Source: Fistulifera solaris (lineage: Eukaryota). From it: DNA of 64,000 bases. This document shows, piece after piece, positions 50,684-62,341 of the stretch. The notes beneath the pieces are model-generated. The model had not been told where the DNA came from and made no database searches. It saw nothing but the letters and a program-made list of their open reading frames with translations. The stretch is from contig AP026127.1 of the NCBI GenBank assembly GCA_030295235.1, positions 248,001 through 312,000 on the forward strand. Reading direction: 5' to 3'. The translations under genes and the position numbers were made by a program. Every line of letters starts with the position of its first letter. The first letter of the stretch is position 1.

Positions 50684-51195
50684 CTTTGCTGAGATTCGGT
50701 GAGTGTAATGTAATCTAGATTGGAAGATACGTCTTACTCGCTTGAATTATGATGAAATGAGTTGTTTCTCATGAACGCTGAAACCCAAAGGTCTCAGACT
50801 CCAGAAAAGTCGCGCAGACTTTTCTCATCGAACAATCAATCGCCTGGTGTACACGTAACACTTACAGTGCATTCCCAACAGCCGTCTCAGTACTTAGAAC
50901 ATGTATACTTCCGGTCCTGGATATTTTTACAGACACTCAAAATGTAGCCGTGGCACTGACGAAAGCGTTCTCTGTTCTCCGTTTCTATTCTGTTCTACCA
51001 GGGACGAAGTTAACTATGTCTCCCATTGTACTTAAAATCCACAGTCACATTATTACTTCGGACAAGGGTCAAAGAAACGGGAATCAAAGATAGTACATTT
51101 TTGTAGCATTTGTCAATGTAATGACGTTTCGATATTTAAGCCTGTACAATACTATATGGAAGCTAAATAAGTAAATATATTTTTTAGTACTAGCG

Positions 51196-51361
51196 AAGAC
51201 ATCGTCTCGAACGAAGACTTCGTCTCCCAATGGGAGACTTCGTCTTCGCTACTGGAGACTTCGTCTTCGCTATAGGAGACTTCGTCTTCGCTATGGGAGA
51301 CTTCGTCTTCGCTATGGGAGACTTCGTCTTCCAATGGGAGACTTCGTCTTCGTCTTCGTCT
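51196..51361. repeat. Minisatellite of GGAGACTTCGTCT(T)C, 20-21-bp units (left array)
   Basis: About 8 units of the atgggagacttcgtcttcgct type. Confidence 0.9.
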
Positions 51362-51896
51362 ACACAAAATCGAAGACATTTCGTTCATACACGATGTCTT
51401 CTTTCGAAGACATATTGCTTTTTTTCGCGAAAAACGTTGTTTCTCTCATACAAAAGAGTAGCGAAAGGTATTGGTATTTTGCGCGCTTATTATTTCCGAA
51501 AAAATCATCAAATGACAAACGACGATGACGAATGACGACTCCTCTCGACTTGAGGGCACATGCCTCATTATTCATACCTTCCTTCGGCTCCGCCCCTCTA
51601 AATGAACCAGATTGGAACAAGAGCTGTTTTTACCATTACTCGTGCGCTTTGGTTACGTCAAAACAGTATTCTCCATGAAATCGACGCGGCTGGCAGGAAA
51701 AGGCCGAGGTCGCAACGTTAGGCGACGAATTACGTACCCAATATCTCCTCGGCCCAAACGGCCTCTTACCGGAGGACCGCCCGTTGCTCGACGTTTCTCT
51801 CAAAGCAGCTCTCTCTCTCTCTACCGGATCAACGTGCTCTGTTGATTCAATTGAGGCATTTTCGTCTCCCAACTCCCAACTCCCAACTCTCCCAAC

Positions 51897-52046
51897 GAAG
51901 ACTTCGTCTCCCAATGGGAGACTTCGTCTCTAAATGGGAGACTTCGTCTCTAAACGGGAGACTTCGTCTCCTAAACGGGAGACTTCGTCTCCTAAACGGG
52001 AAACTTCGTCTTCCTATGGGAGACTTCGTCTCCTTTTATGGGAGAC
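51897..52046. repeat. Minisatellite of GGGAGACTTCGTCTC, 20-21-bp units (right array)
   Basis: About 7 units in the same orientation as the left array. Confidence 0.9.
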
Positions 52047-52104
52047 ATTTTTTCGATACAAGACAGTACATGCTGAGTCGTGGAAAACACATGGGGCATA
52101 TATT

Positions 52105-52221
52105 TTAAAACGTTTAAGTAAGTAGAGTCACTGGACAACCGAAGTATAATGCCCGATAGTAAGTTAAAACGTTTAAGTAAGTAGAGTCACTGGACAACCG
52201 AAGTATAATGCCCGATAGTAA
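52105..52221. repeat. 59-bp tandem duplication
   Basis: ttaaaacgtttaagtaagtagagtcactggacaaccgaagtataatgcccgatagtaa at 52105 and 52164. Confidence 0.95.
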
Positions 52222-52304
52222 AAATACTACTTAAGTACACTATAAGTCCCTGTCAAGTACCGTCACGTTGAGTACTATGGAGATATATTTAACTTCGTCC
52301 CAGG

Positions 52305-52747
52305 CAAGGGGAAATCACTGGGGGACTCGCTTTTGCAGTCACGAGAAAAAGGTACACTTTTTGATATAGTCCATCCTTGAAGCAAATCGACCGCTTATTG
52401 CCCCCAAACGCCTGAGTGCCGCCAAAATCGAACTGTGATTTTTTTGTGTACCACGCTCGCTGCCACGAGCTCCGATGAAATTTTGAAAAAGTTCATTACG
52501 ACGCATCACGGCATGAATGACAACCTTTGCCATTGAATTTCATTGTATTTCAGGTTCGTTCATGGGTGACGGAAAACGGATTTCGACTAAAGTTATTATC
52601 AAGAGTCATATTCCGAATCGCGTCTACCATGAACGACCCCGCAATAAATTCCTTATTGTGAGTGAAAATAACAGGAGTTTTCATGGGATGGGGGCAAAAG
52701 CGGTACACGTGACTGGATGAAGCGAGTCCCCGAGTGATTTCCCCTTG
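52305..52747. mobile_element. MITE with ~40-bp TIRs (MITE-4)
   Basis: Left CAAGGGGAAATCACTGGGGGACTCGCTT, right AAGCGAGTCCCCGAGTGATTTCCCCTTG, followed by TA. Confidence 0.85.
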
Positions 52748-53146
52748 TACCAGGTAACGTCTTCTACGGTCGTCCACTTTCGTCGTAATGGCATCTAAGC
52801 TAGCGCCATCATTTCCATCATCCTAGCTCATCATTTCAAAGTGAACCTACAACGTAGTCGAGCAACATTATTTTCATTTACACCATAATGACAAGAAAAA
52901 ATAGAATAGACCGACGACAGTGGCGGCGTTGTGCCCGCAATTTCCCAACCTTGCCTTTCAACACGGCCAGGAGTGATGACGCGGCCGCTCCAACGACGAC
53001 GAACCACCACCAGCCCATACGGAACCGACCACAGATGCACCTCCAACGCTACTTCAAATCTACGCGACCGTGTCGCCCATTCCACGTTCTCTTGTCATTT
53101 TCCCAAACAGAACAATGCTACTCCCATCTTCACTTGCCCACGGACT

Positions 53147-54807
53147 TTAAAGTCCGAAAGCACCCATACCTTCCTTCTGTTCCTTGAGGAAAGCTTCGTA
53201 AAAGGTAAAGATAATGGTGACCGCCAAAAGGATACCCGTTCCGGTACCAATGGCTCCCATAAAGTCGGCAATGACCGAAAGAGCGCCAATGCACATACCA
53301 CCAAAGGCGGCCGCCGTGGGGATGTAGCGGTTCAACACATGGATCAAAGCAGAATCGCGGTGACCTTTCATGACCATCTGGTTGTCACGCAATTGCTTGG
53401 CGACGTCGCGGGCCGAGGCTCCCGACACTTCAATCCAAGTTTTGGAGAAGAGTGCGCAGGCCGTCAAAATGAACGTCAAATAAAAGACGGCATGGAACGG
53501 GTCATAGATGATTTCGGCCAGGGATTGTGGGGGTGAAATGTAGTACGCAATACCACCGACGGGGATCTTTTGTCCCGGAGATCCTTCGACTTCTTGCCAT
53601 TTTCCCAACAAACGCACCAACACGTTCGTGGGCGCGCGGTTGTAAAGAAGTTGCGAAACAAAGTAGAGATTGGACACCAATGCCGTTTGTAGAATGATGG
53701 GCATGTTGGATGTGTAAAAGAGCTTGATGGGGTAGTTTCCTTCCTGGCCACGGTATTTCTGGTACTTGACAGGCAAGTTGACTCTCCATCCTTGAAAGTA
53801 AATGACAATGACAAAGACGAGGACTGTAGCCAAAAGATTGGTCAAGTTGGGCAAGTTCTGACGATACAATGCTTCCTGCAAGGCTTGGACCTTGTTGCTG
53901 CGCGTAATCATTAAATGAAAGAGAGCCACAATGGCACCTTCAAACTCGGTGCCACGACCCGTATTGATCGTGGTGGGAGAAAAGGCCTTCCAGATAATGG
54001 TTTCACAAATGTTGGTAGCAATAAAGAGCGAAATACCGCTGCCGAGTCCGTACCCTTTCTGCAACAATTCATCGAGTGTCAAAACGATAAGACCAGCACA
54101 AAAAAGTTGCGCAATGATCAAAAGAGCATTACCCGCTCCAATCGATCCCAAATCACCGTACATGCCCGAAACAACATACGCAATGGCTTCTCCGACCGTA
54201 ATGAGAATACCAAACAATTTTTGGGCACCGGAAAACAGGGCCCGATCTTCCTTGACATTGTAATCGACTTCAATGATGCGAGAACCGGCCAAAAGTTGCA
54301 TAACCAAGCCGGATGTGACAATTGGACTGATACCGAGTTCCATGAGAGTCCCACGATTCGAGGCCATAATGACACGCATCCAATAAAAGGGATCCGAGGA
54401 TTTGGCGCTCTGGACACCGTAGATGGGGATTTGACAGCACACCAAGAAGATGAAAAGTGTGATTGTCGTCCATAAGAGCTTTTCACGGAAAGGAATCTGA
54501 CGAAAGGAGGAAAAGTGTGTGTAAGACGATTGAAATGCGTACAAAAGGAAATGCCGCACACGTCTCGGAAGAATTCAAGCAAACGTGGTATGCTGCATAT
54601 CCACCGCAAACACCTTTATTCAACCCGTATCTACAGAATGAATAGCTTAAAGGGATAAAAAACGATCGGCATACAACAGGCGTCGAAACGAAACAAAGAC
54701 TGTCATCGGATGGGTCATTTTCACAAATCATTGCTCACCTTACGATCCGGACTGGCGACCTCCGGGAGGACGCACATTACGGGACGAATTAAATGAAGGA
54801 ATCTCAT
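53147..54807 (-). CDS. SEC61A: Protein translocon subunit Sec61 alpha
   Basis: Exon 1 [23 protein letters not shown], then intron 54497-54738, then IPFREK...[16 protein letters not shown]...[13 protein letters not shown]. Confidence 0.97.
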
Positions 54808-55370
54808 GTTTGTTTAGGGTAAAAACAATCAAATATGAGTTACCCAAATGACCGCGTTCAATGTGTCGTGCGCAACAAGATGCCCACAAGAATTAAATGC
54901 GGCCCATCGTCATCGCGACCCATCGAGAGGCGAGCGGGAGAGACCGCCGATCGCGGATGGTAGGACCGACCAAGATAATGTGGCTGTGTGGAGTGTACCT
55001 GGTACGATTTTTAAGTACGGTACCGAAAGCTAAGCAATCCACGTGGAGAAATACAAGTCGAGGGATTTGGGACCTGGGAGACTGCTAGTCTAGAATGAGC
55101 CCTCAACTTAAAGCATTCAATAAAGGTCAATTAATAAAAGATGATATGGTGTTCTTGATAACTTGGTGTCTTGATTCACATCTGCTTCAGTTCAAAAATG
55201 GCTTCCCCGACCTAATTCAGTCCCATGATTTGTCAAACTCTACGACATAATATTATCACCTCTCTGAGATGATCCGGCGTATAATCTAGCTCTGAAGATG
55301 GTTATGCAAATGACAACATCAATAACCATGTTCCATAGTTAATCAAAAAGAACAATGTCAATGATCACTT

Positions 55371-56384
55371 TCATCTATTTCGGAGTGCCAAAACATCTTG
55401 CACGAGTTGTTGATTGATGGGACACAACAGGCCCCGTTGTTGACCCTGTTGTACCACAAATCCATTCAAATAGTCAATTTCAGTGTCTCGTCCTGCCAAT
55501 ACATCTTGGAACATGGACGATTGGTTGGCGGAAGTAGCGTTGATGACCGTTTCGACGTATATTTGCAGCGTTTCCACCGGATATTCTTGCCCAGTCATTT
55601 CGTGTGCGACCATCGAAACTTCTTGTAAAATGTCAGCCATGTAAGTGCCAAACGAAGATTTTGGATTTCTTTGTTCATACGATCGTCGTACTTCGCCATT
55701 CCGACAGCGATACAGCGCTGTCAGCGGATTGATGACACAATTGGCGGCCAATTTGTACCATAAATCCCGATCTAACGTCAAAGACGTTGTGCAGTTCAAG
55801 CCGGCGAGATCCAAGAGTTGCGCCATGGCGGGATAATCTTCGATGGACGTGCTGCCGTATCCGGCGTGAACGACGTGAAAGAGTTCGTCGTCGTCGTCGT
55901 CACGATACGCACCGTGCGTCGTCATGGCCAGGTGGATACGGGATCGTTCCTTCAAAAAAGTCTCGCAAGGTTTCCCGTATCGCCAAAGCACCATTGCAAA
56001 GAAGAATGATACGAGTTTGGGGAGAAATGCGATCGACGACCGCCGTCAGGGCCGGCAAAGCTTGATGCGCTTTTGTCGTGACAACAAGGTTCTGAAACGG
56101 TCTCTTCGATTCCCCGATCAAGGTGGCGGGAACCTGGACGGTGCGGGGGCTCTTCGAGTAACATTATTGTGTTTGGCGTGCACGCAAATGGCGACTTTCG
56201 ACCCGCCCAGGAGACGATGTTGATGATGCTTCCGCAACAACAATTGGACGGGATAAGACGGAAACGCACTTCGAATCGATGCCGCCCACAGTACACCGAT
56301 GGAACCAGCTCCCAAGATATGAATGGGTTCTTGAAAATCGAAAAAAGCCGCATTCGTCGTTCGTTGTTGTGCTGCCGAAATCAT
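55371..56384 (-). CDS. panE: 2-dehydropantoate (ketopantoate) reductase
   Basis: IHILGAGSIG, VTTKA, LCNG, KLAANCVINPLTA and SSMFQDV..GRDTEIDYLNG. Two frameshifts; start uncertain. Confidence 0.85.
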
Positions 56385-56953
56385 TTTCTCTCTGAAAATT
56401 GATCTTGTGTTCCCGCTTTCGGCCGCGATACTTCAACAGAGATCAATGATAATGGATGATGATTCGATGAAATGGTGATATTTGTGTAATATGAAATATG
56501 AAAGGAGGAAGGAATGATTTTCATGGCCTATTGCGAGGTTGCAGAATTTCTTTTTTTTTTGTCGCACTGAGTCGGAAGTCTCGCACCCGGAGGTAGAATT
56601 CAAAGGTAAGGTTGCTACGTCGAAAGCCATCGTTAGACTAATAGTCTGTGTACGCATGAATGCAAAACTAAAACCTACAAAAATGCGATAGCTCCTTGCG
56701 ATTGCACGCTCTAAGCAGGGCAAAGGCTCAAAAGAAGGGAGATTGCAATGGTGAAATCAGAAATCCTTTGTATGTAATTTACCACAATCTAACGTGTTTT
56801 CTATGAAGATGATCGCATTGTTGACTTTACGAAAAACACACATACGTAACGTTCGGTAGAGAGAGCGAGTTTCCCCTTGCGGAATTGCCTTATTTCCAAA
56901 CGCCCGAGATGCTTTGTTTGTAGAAAATCCCAATCAACTCGCTCACAAACGTT

Positions 56954-57529
56954 TCAAATGTAATACGAATCGGAAGACCCCGTGGAAGGAAGCAAGTTTC
57001 CAGACGATCCAGCATTGGCAATCAACGATGTGGCGACACTCACTGCGGCGAGAACACCAATCCAGAACTGCAAAATAAACAAACGTATTGAGCGGCTTCT
57101 TCTTTCTCACAACCCTCGTCTTCTCTCGACACGTACCTTCCAATCCCCCTTGACAGCATTCCACGTTGGCAATGAAGGCATATTCGCCGCCGTTTGTAGA
57201 GCTTTTTCTCGCGCTTGATTGGCCGCCCGCAACGCCGCCAATTCGGCGTCACTCTTGTAATAGCCCTTCCCGGGCCGTTCTTCCGGTTGTCCTTGATTCG
57301 CAACGACTTTTTTCCATTCCGCGTCCCAATCCACACTGTAATCACTCTTGCCTTCGATAGTAAAATCGGAGAAATCGGAAGAATCCTCTTTGGGTGCCTT
57401 GGCTTCCTCGTCACTCGCAGCGAACAAGAAGGAATCACACGACCGTCGTGGTGAAGTTGCCATGGGAGCAAACGAAGTGACCAGCGGTCCGAGGAGTGTG
57501 ACGAACAGGAGGTATTGTACAACAATCAT
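56954..57529 (-). CDS. Small plastid-targeted protein with a C-terminal TM helix
   Basis: Signal peptide + VTS-FAP motif, VDWDAEWKK motif. Intron 57068-57136 leads into FWIGVLAAVSVATSLIA. Confidence 0.75.
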
Positions 57530-57999
57530 GTTGTGTGTGAGTGTTGATTGCTAGTGTTGGAAGAATAAGAAAGGAATGATCGCGAGCTTTATTAGTGCTT
57601 CTTTGTGGGAAAGAAAGAGGCGCCATGGTGGCAGCGGACGACGTTATCGCTTCTGTTTTGGATCTGAGTGCCGGTCGCAAGAGAACCCCACGTAGAAAAT
57701 CGTACTGCCGGGAACTTCCTACTATATGCATTACAGTCGAAGAGAATTCGGGTGTGACGTCATGCGCAAAGAAAGCATCTGTCGGTCTGTCAGTCGTACG
57801 CAATTGTATGGTGTCGCACAGAGGACAAAAGGCCGGCTTTTCGGCCTAAAGATGAGCGGCCTTGGACCTTGGACGCGACCATGGCCGCGTTGCTCTTTTA
57901 TCATCAAAAAAATGATAATAATGATTTAGAGCGAGAATAGCACTCGTTTCCTTTGTATAACCTTCGAACCAATTACTGTTCGATAACGTTTTGTATATC

Positions 58000-59983
58000 C
58001 CGATAAAAAGACACCCTGTCGATCCCCGAACACCATCCTCCGGAGGAGTGAAACTCCTTCGTTCGTTGACGCTTTTGCGACACTCGAACTCGACGAAGAG
58101 GCGTTCTTTACGACTGACGAGCTCTTGTATGCCTTGGATGGTATAGACGAAATCGGTGACGATCTCCTTTATACGGGTGAACAAGAAGAAACCCTGCTAG
58201 AACCCATTCCCGTCCTTTCGTCGTCGCCCTTGCCCGATTTCCCGTTGCGCTGGAACGACAACGATAGCTTGTTGAAGGAAGAAAGTGAAGAAGAGAGCGA
58301 GAGTTGGTTAGAAACAACTAGTGATTTAGCAACCGAAACGGTAGATCCGTCAATTTTAGATCCGCCCGACGACCTGGACGATTTGAATTTACTAGAACAA
58401 TTGCAAAGCTTATCGCTGGGCATCGATCCTACTATGGCAGCACAGAACGCGGAGTTTTCCAATAACGAAGAAGAAGAGGATAAATTACCGCCGTATATGT
58501 ATTGTCAGCCGTGCGACGATAATTTACCCGAAGCCACCGAGTTGGACTGGATTGACGAACCGGCGGAAGAAGAGTATTCCTTTCAACCACGCCAGGAAGC
58601 CGTGGAGGCGGCAGAGCACTTCATAAAAGCTATGAGTCCTATGAAAAAAATACACCAAAAAACGAACGATCTTGTTTGGGGCATAAGGAGCGTATCTTGG
58701 GTTTGGATTTATCGGAATGTGGCAAGTTCTTGGCGACCGCCAGCGAAGATTCGACCGTCCGAATATGGGACACGAAATCCAATCGTTTACTGGCGACCAT
58801 GGATCATAATAAAAAGTTTGAGTGTTTGCGTGTCATTTGGGCACCGCAGAGCTGGCGTCAGGAGGAACGATGTCTGGACGATCCACTTCAGTATTTGCTA
58901 GCAACCGGAAGTGCGGATGGTGTCGTTTGTCTCTACTCGTGCTCGGATCCATTAACCAAACCGTGGCTCCTGCAGTCAAAAATCGATCATTCCCAGTTAT
59001 CGCATTTTGCCGCCACGGAAGACCCGGATGATAAGCCCCAAGTATACTCACTGCAATTCATTGACGATTGGAAAGGTTTAGGAAGTACGGGGGAGCAGAA
59101 TAGCTTCTTGTTAACTTCTTCGGATGATCATGTACATTTGTGGGAATGGGATATGCTGAAAAAAGTCAAACTAGAGAGCGGAACGTCCGAGACTCGAGTC
59201 GATTTTCGTGAAGTAATCAGTATCAAGTTTTCCAATTTACATGGACACGGATACGGTGTTCGTGTCGGTCAAGTGTCTAGTTCGGGGATGTTCTCGTTAC
59301 CGCCAACGGTCGTGCCGGAGGAAGAGCGTAATTTGACCAACGATATGATGCCAGCGGAAGGCACGTTCGGTGGAGATCGAAATCCCAATGGGCTTACATT
59401 TGTGTTTGATGCGCAATACAATGCTACGAACGGTTTCTTGGGAGTCGCTCTGTCGGATGGGAGTCTACGAATACTAAATGGACGCGGAATATGTTTATCA
59501 GTCCTCCAGTTGCCGGGTATGAACTCTCATCTTACGTCGTTTGCCTGGGACCGATCGGGGAGGCGCTTAGCTACCTGCGTGGCATCGGGGCACATTATCA
59601 CCTGGAGCTTAGAGTTTCACGATTCGGATGTGCGAGCTACTTGTGTTGCTATTTTTGAAAGGGGGCACGAAGTAGGTAGACCGCTGTTCGGGGCTCGGTA
59701 CATTGAGAATCACCAGCACACGGAAGATATTCTTCTGTCTTGGGGTGTGGACGGGCGACTCTGTCTATGGGATGCTTGTGCGGAAGGAGAAGCTCACGGT
59801 CCACTTGCAATCCTTCTCGCGAAAGAATCGTACCCAATCTATTGTGTTGGTCTTCGACCAGGCCTAATGGCTGTAGGCGGTGGGGATGGCCAAAACGACT
59901 TTATCGGTGTCCCCGTCTATTTGTATGACTTTGAACCAAAGTCGCCTTCAACGGAGAGTACAGCAACGTTGACGGGTCCTTGA
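58000..59983 (+). CDS. WD40-repeat protein with acidic N-terminal region
   Basis: GHKERILGLDLS...LATASEDSTVRIWD, LATGSADG and LSWGVDGRLCLWD. Acidic ORF 58125 joined by a frameshift in the A-run near 58645. Start undetermined. Confidence 0.8.
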
Positions 59984-60146
59984 TGAGCTCCTCTAACCCA
60001 GTTGAAATTTTTACTTACGAGTGTCTATGATTTCTCGGTCTCTAAAAATTAGAAGTAGTATCATGGGCATAAATCAAATTATTACATTCAGATTAAATCA
60101 CAAAAGTGTAACCATAACACCTCTGTAGCTCCGTTAGATGGATGCC

Positions 60147-61046
60147 TTACTCTTGGATATCCTCTTCAACAATTTCTTCGGGTTCTTCAGCAACAAGAGC
60201 ACGGTCCTTGCTCTTGCTGGACTCCTCAGGCTCGTCGTGGCCGTGTTCCTTACCACTTAGTGCGCGGCTGAAGAGGGCACGGTCCTTGCTCTTGCTGGAC
60301 TCCTCGGGCTCGTCATGGCCGTGTTCCTTGCCACTAAGTCCTCGGCTGAAGAGGGCACGGTCCTTGCTCTTGCTGGACTCCTCAGGCTCGTCGTGGCCGT
60401 GTTCCTTGCCGCTGAGGCCGCGGCTGAAGAGGGCACGGTCCTTGCTCTTGCTGGACTCCTCAGGCTCGTCGTGGCCGTGTTCCTTGCCGCTGAGGCCGCG
60501 GCTGAAGAGGGCACGGTCCTTGCTCTTGCTGGACTCCTCAGGCTCGTCGTGGCCGTGTTCCTTGCCGCTGAGGCCGCGGCTGAAGAGGGCGCGGTCCTTG
60601 CTCTTGCTGGACTCCTCAGGCTCGTCGTGGCCGTGTTCCTTGCCGCTGAGGCCACGGCTGAAGAGGGCGCGGTCCTTGCTCTTGCTGGACTCCTCAGGCT
60701 CGTCGTGGCCGTGTTCCTTGCCACTAAGTCCTCGGCTGAAGAGGGCACGGTCCTTGCTCTTGCTGGACTCCTCAGGCTCGTCGTGGCCGTGTTCCTTGCC
60801 GCTGAGGCCGCGGCTGAAGAGGGCACGGTCCTTGCTCTTGCTGGATTCCTCAGGCTCATCATGGCCGTGTTCCTTGCCACTAAGTCCGCGGTCGAAAAGT
60901 CCAGCACCAGGGGCAACACCACTTGCGGCGGCGAACATGAAGGTTCCAGCAATAATGGCTCCGTAAATAGCGCGCTTGCGGAACTTGCTCTCGGTGGCAA
61001 CGGCTCCGTCAATGACGGTGTTCATCTCGACATCAAAGTTAGACAT
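60147..61046 (-). CDS. Repetitive peptide-precursor protein with RXL motifs (silaffin/silacidin-like architecture)
   Basis: Signal-anchor RKR-AIYGAIIAGTFMFAAASGVA, then 9 x SGKEHGHDEPEESSKSKD separated by RAL-FS-RGL. Differences between units are almost all synonymous in this frame. Confidence 0.8.
   Translation of the reverse strand: MSNFDVEMNTVIDGAVATESKFRKRAIYGAIIAGTFMFAAASGVAPGAGLFDRGLSGKEHGHDEPEESSKSKDRALFSRGLSGKEHGHDEPEESSKSKDRALFSRGLSGKEHGHDEPEESSKSKDRALFSRGLSGKEHGHDEPEESSKSKDRALFSRGLSGKEHGHDEPEESSKSKDRALFSRGLSGKEHGHDEPEESSKSKDRALFSRGLSGKEHGHDEPEESSKSKDRALFSRGLSGKEHGHDEPEESSKSKDRALFSRALSGKEHGHDEPEESSKSKDRALVAEEPEEIVEEDIQE
60195..60890 (-). repeat. 78-bp coding tandem repeat, 9 copies
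   Basis: 26-codon unit with two synonymous variants, CGA GGA CTT AGT and CGC GGC CTC AGC. Confidence 0.95.
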
Positions 61047-62341
61047 GGTTTGAAAAGGCTTTGAAGATAGGCTGAAGTATGAATCGCTGGATATGATTTT
61101 TTGTCAGTTTGTGAGCGCGAAAGTGATGAAGCACGCAAAGATCTGCTTTCTCGAAGCACCGACGATCGGCACTGGCACTTCGCAAAGGATGACCTGGTGA
61201 GATTGAGGCGATACAAAAGTGTACCCTCATACCCAGTTTCAACCGACAGCCCTTTTTTACGCTTGCCTCTTTCGGCGGTGGTTACATAGGAAAGGTCTTC
61301 GTTGGCGAGGTACACAAAATTAGCCGCAATCCTTAAATACGTGTGTCACTTAGAGAATTTGGAAGAAAAGTCTCGTGTCAACGGACAATCGTGCGCCTTT
61401 GAGTGGTAGTTCAACGTCAAACGAACTGTAAGAAAAGCGGTACAAATTAGGCGGGAGAAGAGAGCAAGACGTTGAGAACTTTCCAGGGAAATAATCTGAA
61501 GTCCGAAGTCCTTTCCCACTGTCGGCTATGAAGTACTAATTAATTTTGTGTTTTTGCTTATTGTGATCTACTCCGGCGTACTCTGTTATAAATCAGATTT
61601 TGAAACATCCGTTGGGGGTTTTTACAGTCTAATTGACAGTAAGCAGCAAATCGTTATGCGTCTTCCCGCACAAGGTCAAGGATACTACAGTAGGAGCGGA
61701 GAGACGTTACCTGGTATGATGTCAAACAGTAATGATGACGACAAGCTAAGGTTAGGCAAGGTCAATTTGTCACGTCAACTTTCCTTGCAGGAACGAAAAA
61801 CGAAGAGAGTGCGACAATATTAAATTATTATGCTATTTTCCAAGAATAAGTATTTGTAAAGAGTAGTTCGTAGCTGGTCACTCCTTTCAAATGCGATGTC
61901 TGGCACGTAACGTCAACAAAGTAGCGTAAAACCTGGTGCTAGAGTGTCGAAAGAAGCCTTGTGAAAGGATGCTGCGTTCGCATAGAGCACTTTAAAATGT
62001 TTTTGACCGATGAGAACGCTCGTTTTATGTTGATTCGTCTCTCAGACCACACTTATGCAGGATCTAAGGTGCCTCAAATTACGGAGTAATCACCTAGATA
62101 CATACTGTAGTAAGCGCTTGTGCGACACGCGATACGCAGTCAGAATAATGGCGTTTGGTCTGTGCAGGACACTCTAGAATGCAAGCGCGTGGGCATGAAT
62201 TGCATCAAGTTAGATGTGAAAAATATAATTTACAAGCTTCGTGACCATTAACGTGTTTCGAATGTATTCTGTCATAATGCCCGACCAGTCCGGCTTTTTT
62301 CGACCTGTATCCAGCCATTTTCATTCCTTACATTCGACTCT

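Larger units (their letters stand above)
50998..52304. mobile_element. Non-autonomous TIR element with internal minisatellites (MITE-3)
   Basis: About 38-bp imperfect TIRs: left CCAGGGACGAAGTTAACTATGTCTCC, right (reverse complement) CCTGGGACGAAGTTAAATATATCTCC. Preceded by TA. No transposase. Confidence 0.8.

Noticed and set aside
51196..52046. CRISPR-like array of palindromic repeats
   Set aside because: Inter-repeat segments are only about 5-7 bp and near-identical, there are no cas genes, and the context is eukaryotic. It is a minisatellite inside a TIR element.
60142..61064. Long ORFs in other frames over the 78-bp repeat (274, 251 and 249 aa)
   Set aside because: These are shadows of a stop-poor repeat with unit length divisible by 3. 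Unit variation is near-fully synonymous in the 60147-61046 frame, which also has an ATG start and a signal-anchor.
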